A stretch of DNA of 64,000 nucleotides, taken from contig CBFIBM010000007.1 in the NCBI GenBank assembly GCA_965660855.1, positions 28,569 to 92,568 of the forward strand, read 5' to 3'. This stretch comes from an uncultured bacterium (GTDB lineage: Bacteria; Fidelibacterota; Marinisomatia; Marinisomatales; UBA1611). The translations under genes were made by a program, and so were the position numbers. Below the pieces are notes generated by a model. The model saw only the letters and a list, made by a program, of their open reading frames with translations. It did not search any database and was not told the origin of the DNA. Below are positions 22,601 to 31,290 of this stretch, in pieces (the stretch's first letter is position 1; each line of letters begins with the position of its first letter).

Positions 22601-23154
22601 ATTTGAACATTTCCTACCGCAGAATAAGACAGTTTTTTAACGTTTGGATAATTTTTATATATAATTTTATCAGATTCTATTTTTTGTTTATTTTGTATTA
22701 GTACAACATTTTTTAAGGCGATTCCGCTATCTAATTCAGTAAAAACTCTTATCGTGTCTGCTTTTAAATCATAGTCTGATGTCCAGGTATGAGATTTTCC
22801 GATACCCAGTAGTTGGTTTGAATCAGAATAAAACTTTAATGTGTCTGCCACAAATGTTAAGTCTTCTTTAATCGCAGATACTTTATCATAAAGTATGGCT
22901 TGTCCTTTTTTTTCAAAATATTGACCTTTTTGACATTTTAAAATAAGGTCGCCTTTTTCAAAGATAACATTCCCTTCAATAAATCTTATACTTTCCCCAT
23001 TTATTGTTTTACTTTCTAAAATATTTGCTTGTTTTAGAATTAATCTATTTTCAGAAATTATAAAATTTAAAAGGTATACAAATTTGAAAATATATTTTGG
23101 TTTGATACATTTCAAAAATTTAATGATTTTAATATTAATTTGAGTGCAAAACAT
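19609..23154 (-). CDS. lptD: LPS-assembly protein LptD with an extended OstA-like N-terminal region
   Basis: Repeated beta-jellyroll patterns (GNV.., ADT(L/I)..), YTTCD...HFHF, RHSGWIMPSYG, GLGFYWA, C-terminal RDLHCWE. True start uncertain. Confidence 0.82.
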   Translation of the reverse strand: MFCTQINIKIIKFLKCIKPKYIFKFVYLLNFIISENRLILKQANILESKTINGESIRFIEGNVIFEKGDLILKCQKGQYFEKKGQAILYDKVSAIKEDLTFVADTLKFYSDSNQLLGIGKSHTWTSDYDLKADTIRVFTELDSGIALKNVVLIQNKQKIESDKIIYKNYPNVKKLSYSAVGNVQIQDSTIFSESEIADYNGLNESTILQGNPKIFDQSRMLSGNEIKLTYIDKSLRKIYIPSKATSDIIKTGFIKTVDDSLIKVSFKDKIEGKELFGSFSNDNLDSLKLNGMSKTLYHVFEDSLYKGNNQVSGDSIIISFDENQINELEVYGGAEGKYNPDSTENNINSPILYEADKIHYMLKIKETDLFGNSSITHDKTNLKAGHININWNNNILNAYPNSIFNENEILLPIIKESKKDPMTGERMTYNLDTKKGRIKKGRTQADDGYYRGNKIQNETSNTIFIENSTYTTCDLDTAHFHFESHNMKIIQNDIVVARPIILHIAQIPILGIPFGIFPHKGGQRHSGWIMPSYGDNKSRGQYIQGLGFYWAPNDYWDSKITMGFGDKQGYTFNVNSQYRLRYKFNGSLNFSNRQFLSGTKNIGDIFGDKKVSTTVRWNHKQQMRNNQSLNANITYSSSGDYNKKYGLTETERMDQKAISNISYSKRWPKSKNSISISFYSNQDLLIQEKVNLNSNYFINPNRSGTQLNSKNQTFPKFSFRHGQSHFFPTTAIDKKWYNTITWNYGLNYTNVQRFYFESIESDSNQFFWSDNQKNDENDGWVHTSAINAPQKLFKYISINPRINIKSAWVNKTYDGIWDEDENKFIKNERIGFDSRTTGSFSINSSTQVYGLIPIPFGPIKSIRHVISPNIGYSWTPDFSDEVFGKNFGYVKKKFDSDGIEIGSLDRFSGTIAGNTPKSEQKSMTFGLNNIFQAKIFDGKEEKKVDLFNWRINSGYNLAADSLHFTNIRSSIRSKILKKLNLDLSMTHDLYSFDSEKNKRLANFNKNISGLITPRLVNARLATSIRIKSKKWKQNDDIGKTFKDTTSIDSDFVDSGITNSIKNIKNSINNNQLWSTSISLSYSLNSQNPSNKSKTFWANSNSIINITDKWRISYRARFDLLEQDLINHSFSVYRDLHCWELSLNWTPNGLGQGINFKINVKSPTLKDLKLEKKGGVYSGAGI

Positions 23155-23204
23155 GACAACCTAAATTTACATACCTTTTTAATCAAGCGAGAAAGGAAGA
23201 TAAA

Positions 23205-23624
23205 ATGAGTTCTATAAAAAATAAAATTTTCATTAGTATAATTTTTTTTGGATTATACTGTACAAATAAAAGGAGTGTGGAAATAATGAGTAATGATCTA
23301 AAAATAGAAGACATTATAGTAGGCGAAGGTGTTGAAGCAAACGATTTTAATAAAGTTATTGTTAATTATACGGGTTCACTTGAAGATGGTTCCATTTTTG
23401 ATTCATCTTTAAATCCAGGAAGAGAACCATTCTCTTTTACATTAGGAGTTGGATCTGTTATTAAAGGTTGGGATATTGGAGTAAAAGGAATGAAAGTTGG
23501 AGGGAAAAGAAAATTAACTATTCCACCAGAATTAGGATATGGTAAAAATGGAGCAGGTGATGTTATTCCGCCAGGGGCTACTCTAATCTTTGAAGTTGAT
23601 TTATTAAACGTAGAAGCTTATTAA
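23205..23624 (+). CDS. FKBP-type peptidyl-prolyl cis-trans isomerase
   Basis: [51 protein letters not shown]. Confidence 0.95.
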   Translation: MSSIKNKIFISIIFFGLYCTNKRSVEIMSNDLKIEDIIVGEGVEANDFNKVIVNYTGSLEDGSIFDSSLNPGREPFSFTLGVGSVIKGWDIGVKGMKVGGKRKLTIPPELGYGKNGAGDVIPPGATLIFEVDLLNVEAY

Positions 23625-23768
23625 GAGAAATTATAGTTTCGCAGTTTCTAAAATATCTTAAAATTATAATTTTATAAACTGATTTTTTTTTAAGAAAAAA
23701 AATATAAAAAAAATTAGTATAAAACAAAAAATACAGTAGCCTTAAATTTAATTTATCTTTTTTTATGA

Positions 23769-25906
23769 GTGCTATTTTTTTATTTTTTTTTATTTTTAAT
23801 ATTTTATAATTGTTTATCTAAACAAAAAATTTTTTACATTTTTTTTGGGGGAAATAGAATATTTTATTTGGGAAAAAAGTCACAAGATCTATTAGTTATA
23901 AAATCAGATAATTAATTAAAAGAATTCTAGAGTTTTTTTAATCAACATTTTTAATATAATTGAATTTTTATTTAAATGATGATAATAAAAAAAATAACTA
24001 AAATATAGTTTATAAGATTGTATATAATTTTTACTTATTTGATATAATTAACACTTTTATTAATTATTTAATTATATGATTCAATATTGAATTATTTAGT
24101 TATTTTTTTGGTCAATGTATTTTATATAAAATTCACTATTCTATTTGTCTTTTTTTTTTAACAGTGTACAATTTTTAGACATAAGAGTTCCTAAACAAAT
24201 ATATGTTTATTTCAATATAAAAATATGTTGATATAAAAGAATGTTTATAAATAAAATATTAAACATAATCAGAAAATGATATGGAATTATTTAATAGAAT
24301 TTATTTTGATTATGAACTAAAGGTCGATGGAAAATTAATAAAAGATATAGTAAAAATATATTGACAAAACATTGACTTTTTTAAATGAATTATGGAAATA
24401 AAGAAAGATAGTATGTTTTTTAAAGAATAGTTAAACATTGACTATTATATCTTAATAAATCGAACAATTATCTTTTTTTATCAACTAATGAATTTATGTT
24501 TATTAAGTAGAAATATTATTTTATTTTTTAATGAGATCATCATTAATGGTATAGAAATATTTTGAATAATAATAGATTGAAATAACTCTTAAAAATTAAG
24601 TATACATATATTAAAAGAGTACTGTTTGAAGATTAAATCTCAATCTAGTTAAAACTGTAAATATATTATTGAATTAAATATTCAATATGTTTCAATAAAA
24701 AAATATAAGGAGATTGAAAAATTATTAAAAAAAATGTGGATATCTTAAATGAAAATAAAGATTATTATTATTTATAATTCTTATAATTATTTGACTAAAT
24801 CTATGTATTATATTGGTACACTAGAATTAAAATTAAAGTGTTCCTATAAATAAAATTACAAGGGGTTGGATATTTGTTTTTTCAAAAGATAATAAATGAG
24901 TTTTTTTTAAAGTTTTTTTTAATAATTAACATATGATTAATGAGGATTAGATAAGTTTATATTCTATGAAATTAATTATAAGTTTATAATGATGATATTA
25001 TAATTATTTATAATATGACACTTGAAATATTTAAGATGATTTAGAAAAATAAAATAACATATTATTATCCCCAGTAGCACACTAAACAATTAATAGTTTT
25101 GTAATATTAAAAATAATTTTTATTATTTTTAATAAATAATTCTAATAAATATATTTGTAAAAATTATTAATTATTTGTGCTATTTATATATATTAAATAT
25201 TTATTTCATGAATATTTAATTATATCTTGTATCAATTATTTGTTATTTATCTAACTAAAATAAATTTTTTTAACAATATTATTTTAAATAATAGCACCTA
25301 ATATTTATAATATGTAGATATATTATTTAGTTTTTCCATATAATTTTCATATAATCAATTCAATCTTACATATATAAATATTTTTAATATATGTATAATT
25401 GTATAAATAATTTGATATATAATTTTTTAGGATATATCACTCTGGATTTTCAATATAATAGATACTCAATCAATAATTATTATTTTAAATAAACACATCT
25501 TTATAATGTGTAATTGAAAATTAAAAATTAATTTATTTTTAAATATTATATCATATTTATCATGTAGATATTTAATATTTTTTAATGTTAAATATTCATT
25601 AAAATATCAAAATAACCATGATTATCTGATTTGAAAACACTTTTATTGACCATCAGATCAGATATATACACTTGTATTAAGTTTATTTTTTTTTGTGCTA
25701 TTTATATAATTTAAAAAAAATAGTTTAAATAAATATTTTTTATAAAAATATAAAAAAGGTTATTTTTATACTCAATTTATGAAAATTAGTATGATATAAC
25801 TTTTATAAATCTATAAATTTTATTCTACAATAGAAGATATATAAATTCAGTTATTTTAATATCTAATAATTTAATTTATATTAAGATTAATTATAATAGT
25901 GTGCTA
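23769..25906. repeat. Dispersed GTGCTA/TAGCAC motif, six copies
   Basis: GTGCTA at 23769, 25177, 25695 and 25901; TAGCAC at 25075 and 25292. Exact 17-bp direct repeat TTTGTGCTATTTATATA at 25174-25190 and 25692-25708. Exact 10-bp inverted pair TAGCACACTA (25075-25084) and TAGTGTGCTA (25897-25906). Confidence 0.7.
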
Positions 25907-25920
25907 AATTTAAAAGGTTT

Positions 25921-26640
25921 ATGAATATTTGTATAAAAAATAATATAAAAAATTTTAAAGAAGTAAATTATTTAGAATTATTTGAATCAGTAAAAAAAAG
26001 TAATTATAAACATAATTTAGAAAACATGAAATTCTCTGATACGATATTTAACTTTAAAAGATATCTCAAACCTAACTTGAATGAAATCCAATATGCAAAT
26101 CTTGATCAGTTACCTAATCTTAATGAGGATATTGAGAGAACAAGAAGAATCTATAAAAGGATTCAAGAATTCATACCAAAGAAAATTTTGCACATACAAT
26201 CAGAGAAAATCACATTAGATAAACAATCCTTTCGATTAACTATTCAACAGTATAAAAAGTCTAATTCTTTGATAATGGATAAATTAAAAAAATGTAAAAA
26301 TCAATCTAAAGAATATAATATAGAGATAAAACATAGGATACGATATGTATATAAGATCTATTCTTATGTAATACCTTCACTATACATAATTAAAAGACCA
26401 TCATATAATGTGGTCCAGTGTAAATGGAAGTTTATGGGGTTAGTTCAAAAACAAATCCATTTAGGGACATTTAAAAAAGTAGGTTCTTTAAATGAGGAAA
26501 TGTTAAAAAACATATCTATAAAAAAAATTAACGAAAAGTATAACGGTTTCTTTGATAACCTATTATTAAAAAATATTCTTTTGGAAAAGAAAAAATTAAC
26601 AAAATGGTGTAATGATATTAATTATAGATCAAAAAAATAA
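25921..26640 (+). CDS. Hypothetical basic protein, possible AP2-like DNA-binding segment
   Basis: 239-aa ORF in very AT-rich DNA, where long chance ORFs are unlikely; AAGG just upstream; contains KWKFMG...KQIHLGTF. Confidence 0.6.
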   Translation: MNICIKNNIKNFKEVNYLELFESVKKSNYKHNLENMKFSDTIFNFKRYLKPNLNEIQYANLDQLPNLNEDIERTRRIYKRIQEFIPKKILHIQSEKITLDKQSFRLTIQQYKKSNSLIMDKLKKCKNQSKEYNIEIKHRIRYVYKIYSYVIPSLYIIKRPSYNVVQCKWKFMGLVQKQIHLGTFKKVGSLNEEMLKNISIKKINEKYNGFFDNLLLKNILLEKKKLTKWCNDINYRSKK

Positions 26641-26642
26641 TT

Positions 26643-28061
26643 TCAATCAATTTTCAATGAGTTATTTATCCTTCTAATGGACAATTCAACAAATCTTTTA
26701 TTTAATTCATAACCTATAAATTTTCTATTCAGTTCTAAAGAGACTATTCCGGTTGTACCACTTCCTGAAAACGGGTCTAAGATGGTATCTCCCTTTTTTG
26801 ATCCACAATTTATTGGTAGGTGACATAATTCTTTTGGAAATACAGCTATATGTTCAATGTTTTCCATTCCAATCTTTTTACCAATAGGTTTGGAATGTTT
26901 AGATTGTTCAATAAAATCCAATGGGATTTTACCTTTGCTGTTCTGTATTATTGATGTGTGTCTTTGAAATTTATCCTGGATAGTATAATGCCTAGGACTT
27001 TTAACTTGAATAGGATTTTCCTGTTTGTAGGGAACTCGAATTGAATCTGCATCGAAAAAATAATTATTTTTTTTTGTAAAAAAAAATATGAATTCATTTG
27101 ATGTACCAAGTCTTGTTTTGACAGATTCTGGTTTTGGGTTAGTTTTATGCCATATAATACAATTTCTTTGTATCCATCCATTTCTCATCATTTCTATTGC
27201 AAATTGGTGAGGTATACTTGATAAACATCCATTAATATATGTATCTCCAATAACAACCCAACAAGAACCATCATCAGATAAAACTCTGTAACATTCATTG
27301 AAAACTTCCATTAGGTTTTCAATGTATGCATTTACCGTATCTTCTAACCCGATTTGATTTTTATTACCATAATTCCTATGTGAATAATATGGTGGGGAAG
27401 TTAGAATCATATCTATGGACCTATCCTCCAAATCAGACATGTTATTTGATGATTTATTAAAAATTTTAAAATCTTCATATTGAATTCTATCTGAGTCGTT
27501 TGAAATTTCTTCATTTTTAATAGTTTCTCTAATTTTTTTTCTTTTAGCTTCAATATAAGATTGATTTATAGTTAGACTTCCTTTATCAATTAAATCAATG
27601 AGTGTTGGAAATACTTTATCTATATACATAAGTTTGTAGATTTTATCACCACTAATACTTAATTTTTTTGATAACTTTTCTCGATTTCCACTTCTGTTGA
27701 TATCAACAGAAGTTAAATCTGATCTAAAACCCTGTCTTTTTTTATAATATTTTGATAATATTTTTATCTCATTCAATATTTCTCTTGATGTTTTTACTCT
27801 TTGTGAGTTATGTGATATTATATGTAGAGGTTCGTCTTCTAATTTCAAGTCTTTTATGACAACCTCTACCTCTTTAATATTAAGAGATCTTAATGCTTCT
27901 AACCTCCGGTTACCACTTAAGACCTCATTTTTTTTATTAATAACTAATGGTTCTAAAAGTCCAATTTCTATAATGGATTTCTTTAAAGTTTCAATATCAG
28001 ATAATATATAAACCTTAGAATTGAATGGATGATGTTTTAATTCTTTTAAATTGATTTTCAT
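26643..28061 (-). CDS. ParB-like N-terminal domain fused to a beta-class N4-C/N6-A DNA methyltransferase
   Basis: SI.EIGLLEPLVI...VLSGNRRLEAL (ParB box), QGFRSDL and an HTH-like segment, then TSPPY (motif IV) preceding LDPFSGSGTT (motif I). Confidence 0.9.
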   Translation of the reverse strand: MKINLKELKHHPFNSKVYILSDIETLKKSIIEIGLLEPLVINKKNEVLSGNRRLEALRSLNIKEVEVVIKDLKLEDEPLHIISHNSQRVKTSREILNEIKILSKYYKKRQGFRSDLTSVDINRSGNREKLSKKLSISGDKIYKLMYIDKVFPTLIDLIDKGSLTINQSYIEAKRKKIRETIKNEEISNDSDRIQYEDFKIFNKSSNNMSDLEDRSIDMILTSPPYYSHRNYGNKNQIGLEDTVNAYIENLMEVFNECYRVLSDDGSCWVVIGDTYINGCLSSIPHQFAIEMMRNGWIQRNCIIWHKTNPKPESVKTRLGTSNEFIFFFTKKNNYFFDADSIRVPYKQENPIQVKSPRHYTIQDKFQRHTSIIQNSKGKIPLDFIEQSKHSKPIGKKIGMENIEHIAVFPKELCHLPINCGSKKGDTILDPFSGSGTTGIVSLELNRKFIGYELNKRFVELSIRRINNSLKID

Positions 28062-28700
28062 TTTATAATTTTTGTAATTAGTACAACTGTAATAATAAAT
28101 TGAAACTAAAAAAAATGCTAGATAATAATAACTAAAAATTTGGAGTAATATTCTTTTATCTTTAATTAATTTTATTAAATAATAAAAATTTAAATACGAA
28201 TTTAATTGGATTTTATTTTATCTTGAGAGATAATTTTTTATAAATATATTTCTTTATAAATCATTATATATTAAGATTTAGTTATTCAAAATATCTAGAT
28301 TTTCAATGAAAATGAACCCCAAAAGATCTCTATAAGATTTTCTATTATATTGATTAATTTTGATCTTCGATTAATAGCCTCGAAATGAGGCATTACACAG
28401 AATTTTCATTTATTAGATTTTCGATAAAATAATTAGAATCATTGTATAAAAATCTAATAAAGATGATATGAATAAATTTTTAAACTATTTTTTAAAAAAA
28501 TGGGATTTATAAATTTTTTGAAAAAATTAATAAATTAGGATTTCTAATTTGATAAATGAGATATACTTTTTCTATATTTTATTTAAAATATAGAAGTAAC
28601 TTTTTGTCAAAAAGTTTATCATTAAGAAGAGTGAAAAAAAATAAATTGTTGTCCAATTTAATTGTATTATACAACTAAAAAAAATTATTGATTTGAAATT

Positions 28701-29336
28701 TTAATTCTGGATATTTAAAGGCACTTGATAATATTTTGCTGACCTCCATCCACCATATATTTCACCTAAGTAAGTGTAAAAACAAATTCCAATAAAGATT
28801 GGTGTAAGAATTTTATTATCGCTTCTTATTAAATTGTATGTAGTTGACCCATAAAGAAAAAACGACCAAAGACCGGAAATTCCATCAAATTTTCGACCTG
28901 CATAAAACCTTCCAGATCCAGGAATTAAAGTAGAAATAAGAGCTGCTAAAATTGGAGATTTATTTGAATGAATGTTTGATTTAATTATTACAGGGTCGAT
29001 TATTCTTCCATCATTAGCATGAAAGGGTCGATTTTGTATTAATTGATAATGATATGCTCTAGGATTACATCTAGTAATCCTTTCCGATGCAATTACCCCA
29101 CCTCTTATAATTCCATATTTGTTTATAGCATCTGTTCCATAATTTGAACAACTAGGATAGAACTGACAATTAAATAAATTTGTATTGTAAGAAATTCTCT
29201 GCCATCCAGCAATTGGGATAAGACCTATTTTGTTCAATAACGAAACATTAGGTGATTTAATTAGAGAATCTGCTGGATATTTTTCTTGGGATAAAATAAA
29301 TGAAAAGGTTATTAAAAAAAGGATTAATTGTTTCAT
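28701..29336 (-). CDS. yidD: YidD-like membrane protein insertion efficiency factor with C-terminal membrane extension
   Basis: CQFYPSCSNYG..AI.KYG...G......RI.RCNP plus KSPILAALIS.LIPGSGRFYAG and hydrophobic helices. Confidence 0.75.
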   Translation of the reverse strand: MKQLILFLITFSFILSQEKYPADSLIKSPNVSLLNKIGLIPIAGWQRISYNTNLFNCQFYPSCSNYGTDAINKYGIIRGGVIASERITRCNPRAYHYQLIQNRPFHANDGRIIDPVIIKSNIHSNKSPILAALISTLIPGSGRFYAGRKFDGISGLWSFFLYGSTTYNLIRSDNKILTPIFIGICFYTYLGEIYGGWRSAKYYQVPLNIQN

Positions 29337-29398
29337 GATAAAAATTAGTTATAAATAGTTTAATCTTAAACCTGTTAGTTTTTTAGATTTAAGGTGTT

Positions 29399-29725
29399 AT
29401 GGAATCCATTATAGAAACAATATTTTCTAATTCACTCTACATATTCATCACTGGGTTATTATTTTTATTTATTATTTATACCCTAATTAAAAAAATTTTA
29501 AAACTAACATTTTTTTTCTGCTTGTTATTATTTTTTTATTTATTGTACGTATATCATTTTAGTGGTGAATTTCCTAAATCCGTTGAAGAATTAAAAGAAT
29601 CAGTTTCTAAAAATGCTGATAAGGTTAAAAATATTGCCACAGAATCAATTGATGAAGCAAAATCTAAAACTTCAAAAATTATTGAAAAGAAAGTTGATGA
29701 GAAAATAAATGAGATTTTTGAATAA
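29399..29725 (+). CDS. Hypothetical membrane protein
   Basis: Two hydrophobic segments then a charged helical tail; AAGGTG upstream. Confidence 0.7.
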   Translation: MESIIETIFSNSLYIFITGLLFLFIIYTLIKKILKLTFFFCLLLFFYLLYVYHFSGEFPKSVEELKESVSKNADKVKNIATESIDEAKSKTSKIIEKKVDEKINEIFE

Positions 29726-29733
29726 AAATATTT

Positions 29734-29985
29734 TTAGGGTATCAGATTAAATAAAGAGTTCATTATTTTATACAGGATAATTGAATATATAAAAGCTAAT
29801 GATAATAATGATCCAGGACTTATTCTTAATTGGACTCTATATTTACTGTATTTTTTCTTTTCATCGTATATACTTATAAGACTTTGTAAAGATATTTTAC
29901 TTAAATAGATACAAATCAAATAAATAAAGATTAAAATAATATGATCGCTGAAGGAAAGGGAATATAACCATTCTGATAAATTCAT
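29734..29985 (-). CDS. Small hypothetical membrane protein
   Basis: 83 aa, two hydrophobic segments, 4-nt overlap with the upstream Nudix gene. Confidence 0.6.
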   Translation of the reverse strand: MNLSEWLYSLSFSDHIILIFIYLICIYLSKISLQSLISIYDEKKKYSKYRVQLRISPGSLLSLAFIYSIILYKIMNSLFNLIP

Positions 29986-30605
29986 AATATTTCCTTTAAA
30001 ATAAATTTAAATTCAGAAATGATTAAAGAAGTTGCACCCCATATTTTTTGACTTTTTAAATGGAAATATGGAACAAACGCTTTTCTTTTATTAAAATATC
30101 GTATCTCACTTTTTAAGTTCTGCTCATTGAGTAGATCTTTGATTGGAATTGAAAATATTTTTGAGACTTCTTCTTTTTGAAGGATTATATTAGGTTTTTT
30201 ATTAATCCATCCAATGAATGGATATACTTTAAAATTAGAAATTGGAACATAAATAGGTGTTAGTTCACCAATTATTTTAATGGACTTAGATTTTATACCA
30301 ATTTCTTCATAGGATTCTCTTAAAGATGCGTTTTCTGGTGATTCCTCTTTTTCAACCATTCCTCCAGGTAAAGAAATTTGACCTTTATGATTAGCGACAT
30401 GTTTAGATCGTTTTGTTAAAAAAAAATTCCATCCTGATTGATCTGGAAATAAACAGATTAAGACTGCTGCAATAGATGAACCTGTCAATGGTCGACTATT
30501 TTTTTTAAGATCTTTAAACCTTACTTTCATTATATCATGAGATTTCTTTCCGGGTAAATCTTTCATTAGTTGCTGATTTAATGAATTAATAAATGTGTCA
30601 GTCAT
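29982..30605 (-). CDS. Nudix hydrolase, CoA pyrophosphatase (NudL/PCD1) family
   Basis: AAVLI.L, LTKRS....HKGQISLPGG..E..E.....SLRESYEEIG, IWGATS. Start placed at MTDTF (30605) to avoid overlap with the divergent gene. Confidence 0.9.
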   Translation of the reverse strand: MTDTFINSLNQQLMKDLPGKKSHDIMKVRFKDLKKNSRPLTGSSIAAVLICLFPDQSGWNFFLTKRSKHVANHKGQISLPGGMVEKEESPENASLRESYEEIGIKSKSIKIIGELTPIYVPISNFKVYPFIGWINKKPNIILQKEEVSKIFSIPIKDLLNEQNLKSEIRYFNKRKAFVPYFHLKSQKIWGATSLIISEFKFILKEIL

Positions 30606-30651
30606 ATCTTTTAAATTATTTAATTTTGATTCAAATTGATAAACAATAAAA

Positions 30652-31290
30652 ATGAAATATAAACATATAATTTGGGACTGGAATGGCACATTATTAGATG
30701 ACTGTAAGGTTTGTGTAAAATCATTTAATCGGAGCTTAAAAAAAAGAAATCGTAGACCAATTAGTCTGGATAAATATAGATCAATTTTTACTTTCCCAGT
30801 AATAGACGCTTATAAAAAAGTAGGTTTTGATTTTAAAAAAGAATCATTTTCAAAAGTAAGTAATGAATTTGTTGAATTTTATGAAAAAAATTTTAAGAAT
30901 GTATCTCTACATAATAATGCAAAAGAAATCCTTGAAAAAATAAGGTTACAAAATGTTACTCAATCTATTTTATCTGCTGGGAATCAAGATTTATTAAATA
31001 ATTGGTTAAACCAACACAAAATTTTCAAAACATTTCAAAATGTAGTTGGAGTCCAAAACCAACTTGCAAATGGGAAAATTGACCAGGGATTGAAATTAAT
31101 AGAAAATTTAAAATTTAATAAAAAAGATATTGTTTTGATTGGAGATACTATACATGATAGTGATGTTGCTAAAAAAATGGATATTGAGTGTATTTTAGTA
31201 GATCATGGTCACGTAAATAATAAACGTTTAATAAAAACTGGCAGGAGGGTATGCTCTAATATTAATAGTATTTTTGAATTAATAAACTGA
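30652..31290 (+). CDS. HAD-superfamily hydrolase
   Basis: IWDWNGTLLD motif I, LSA, K, IGDTIHD. Confidence 0.9.
   Translation: MKYKHIIWDWNGTLLDDCKVCVKSFNRSLKKRNRRPISLDKYRSIFTFPVIDAYKKVGFDFKKESFSKVSNEFVEFYEKNFKNVSLHNNAKEILEKIRLQNVTQSILSAGNQDLLNNWLNQHKIFKTFQNVVGVQNQLANGKIDQGLKLIENLKFNKKDIVLIGDTIHDSDVAKKMDIECILVDHGHVNNKRLIKTGRRVCSNINSIFELIN

Larger units (their letters stand above)
23625..28700. mobile_element. AT-rich accessory islet (probable remnant of a horizontally acquired element)
   Basis: Abrupt loss of coding density; hand-counted 60-nt lines have about 5-14 G+C; contains only an orphan ORF and a ParB-MTase. No integrase or flanking direct repeat seen. Confidence 0.5.

Noticed and set aside
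23749..23775. CIRCE (HrcA) operator suggested by GAGTGCTAT
   Set aside because: The left half TTAGCACTC is absent at the 9-nt spacing and no chaperone operon follows.
24330..24500. TGA recoding (Trp/Gly) in the islet
   Set aside because: The same frame also has TAG and TAA stops, and TGA terminates normal genes in the window, including the islet MTase.
25075..25906. CRISPR array
   Set aside because: Repeats are short, irregularly spaced and in both orientations; no cas genes.
23625..25920. Replication origin (oriC) in the AT-rich tract
   Set aside because: Only isolated one-mismatch DnaA-box-like 9-mers were noticed (TGTGGATAT 24735, TTATCCCCA 25065), with no cluster and no dnaA, dnaN or gidA nearby.
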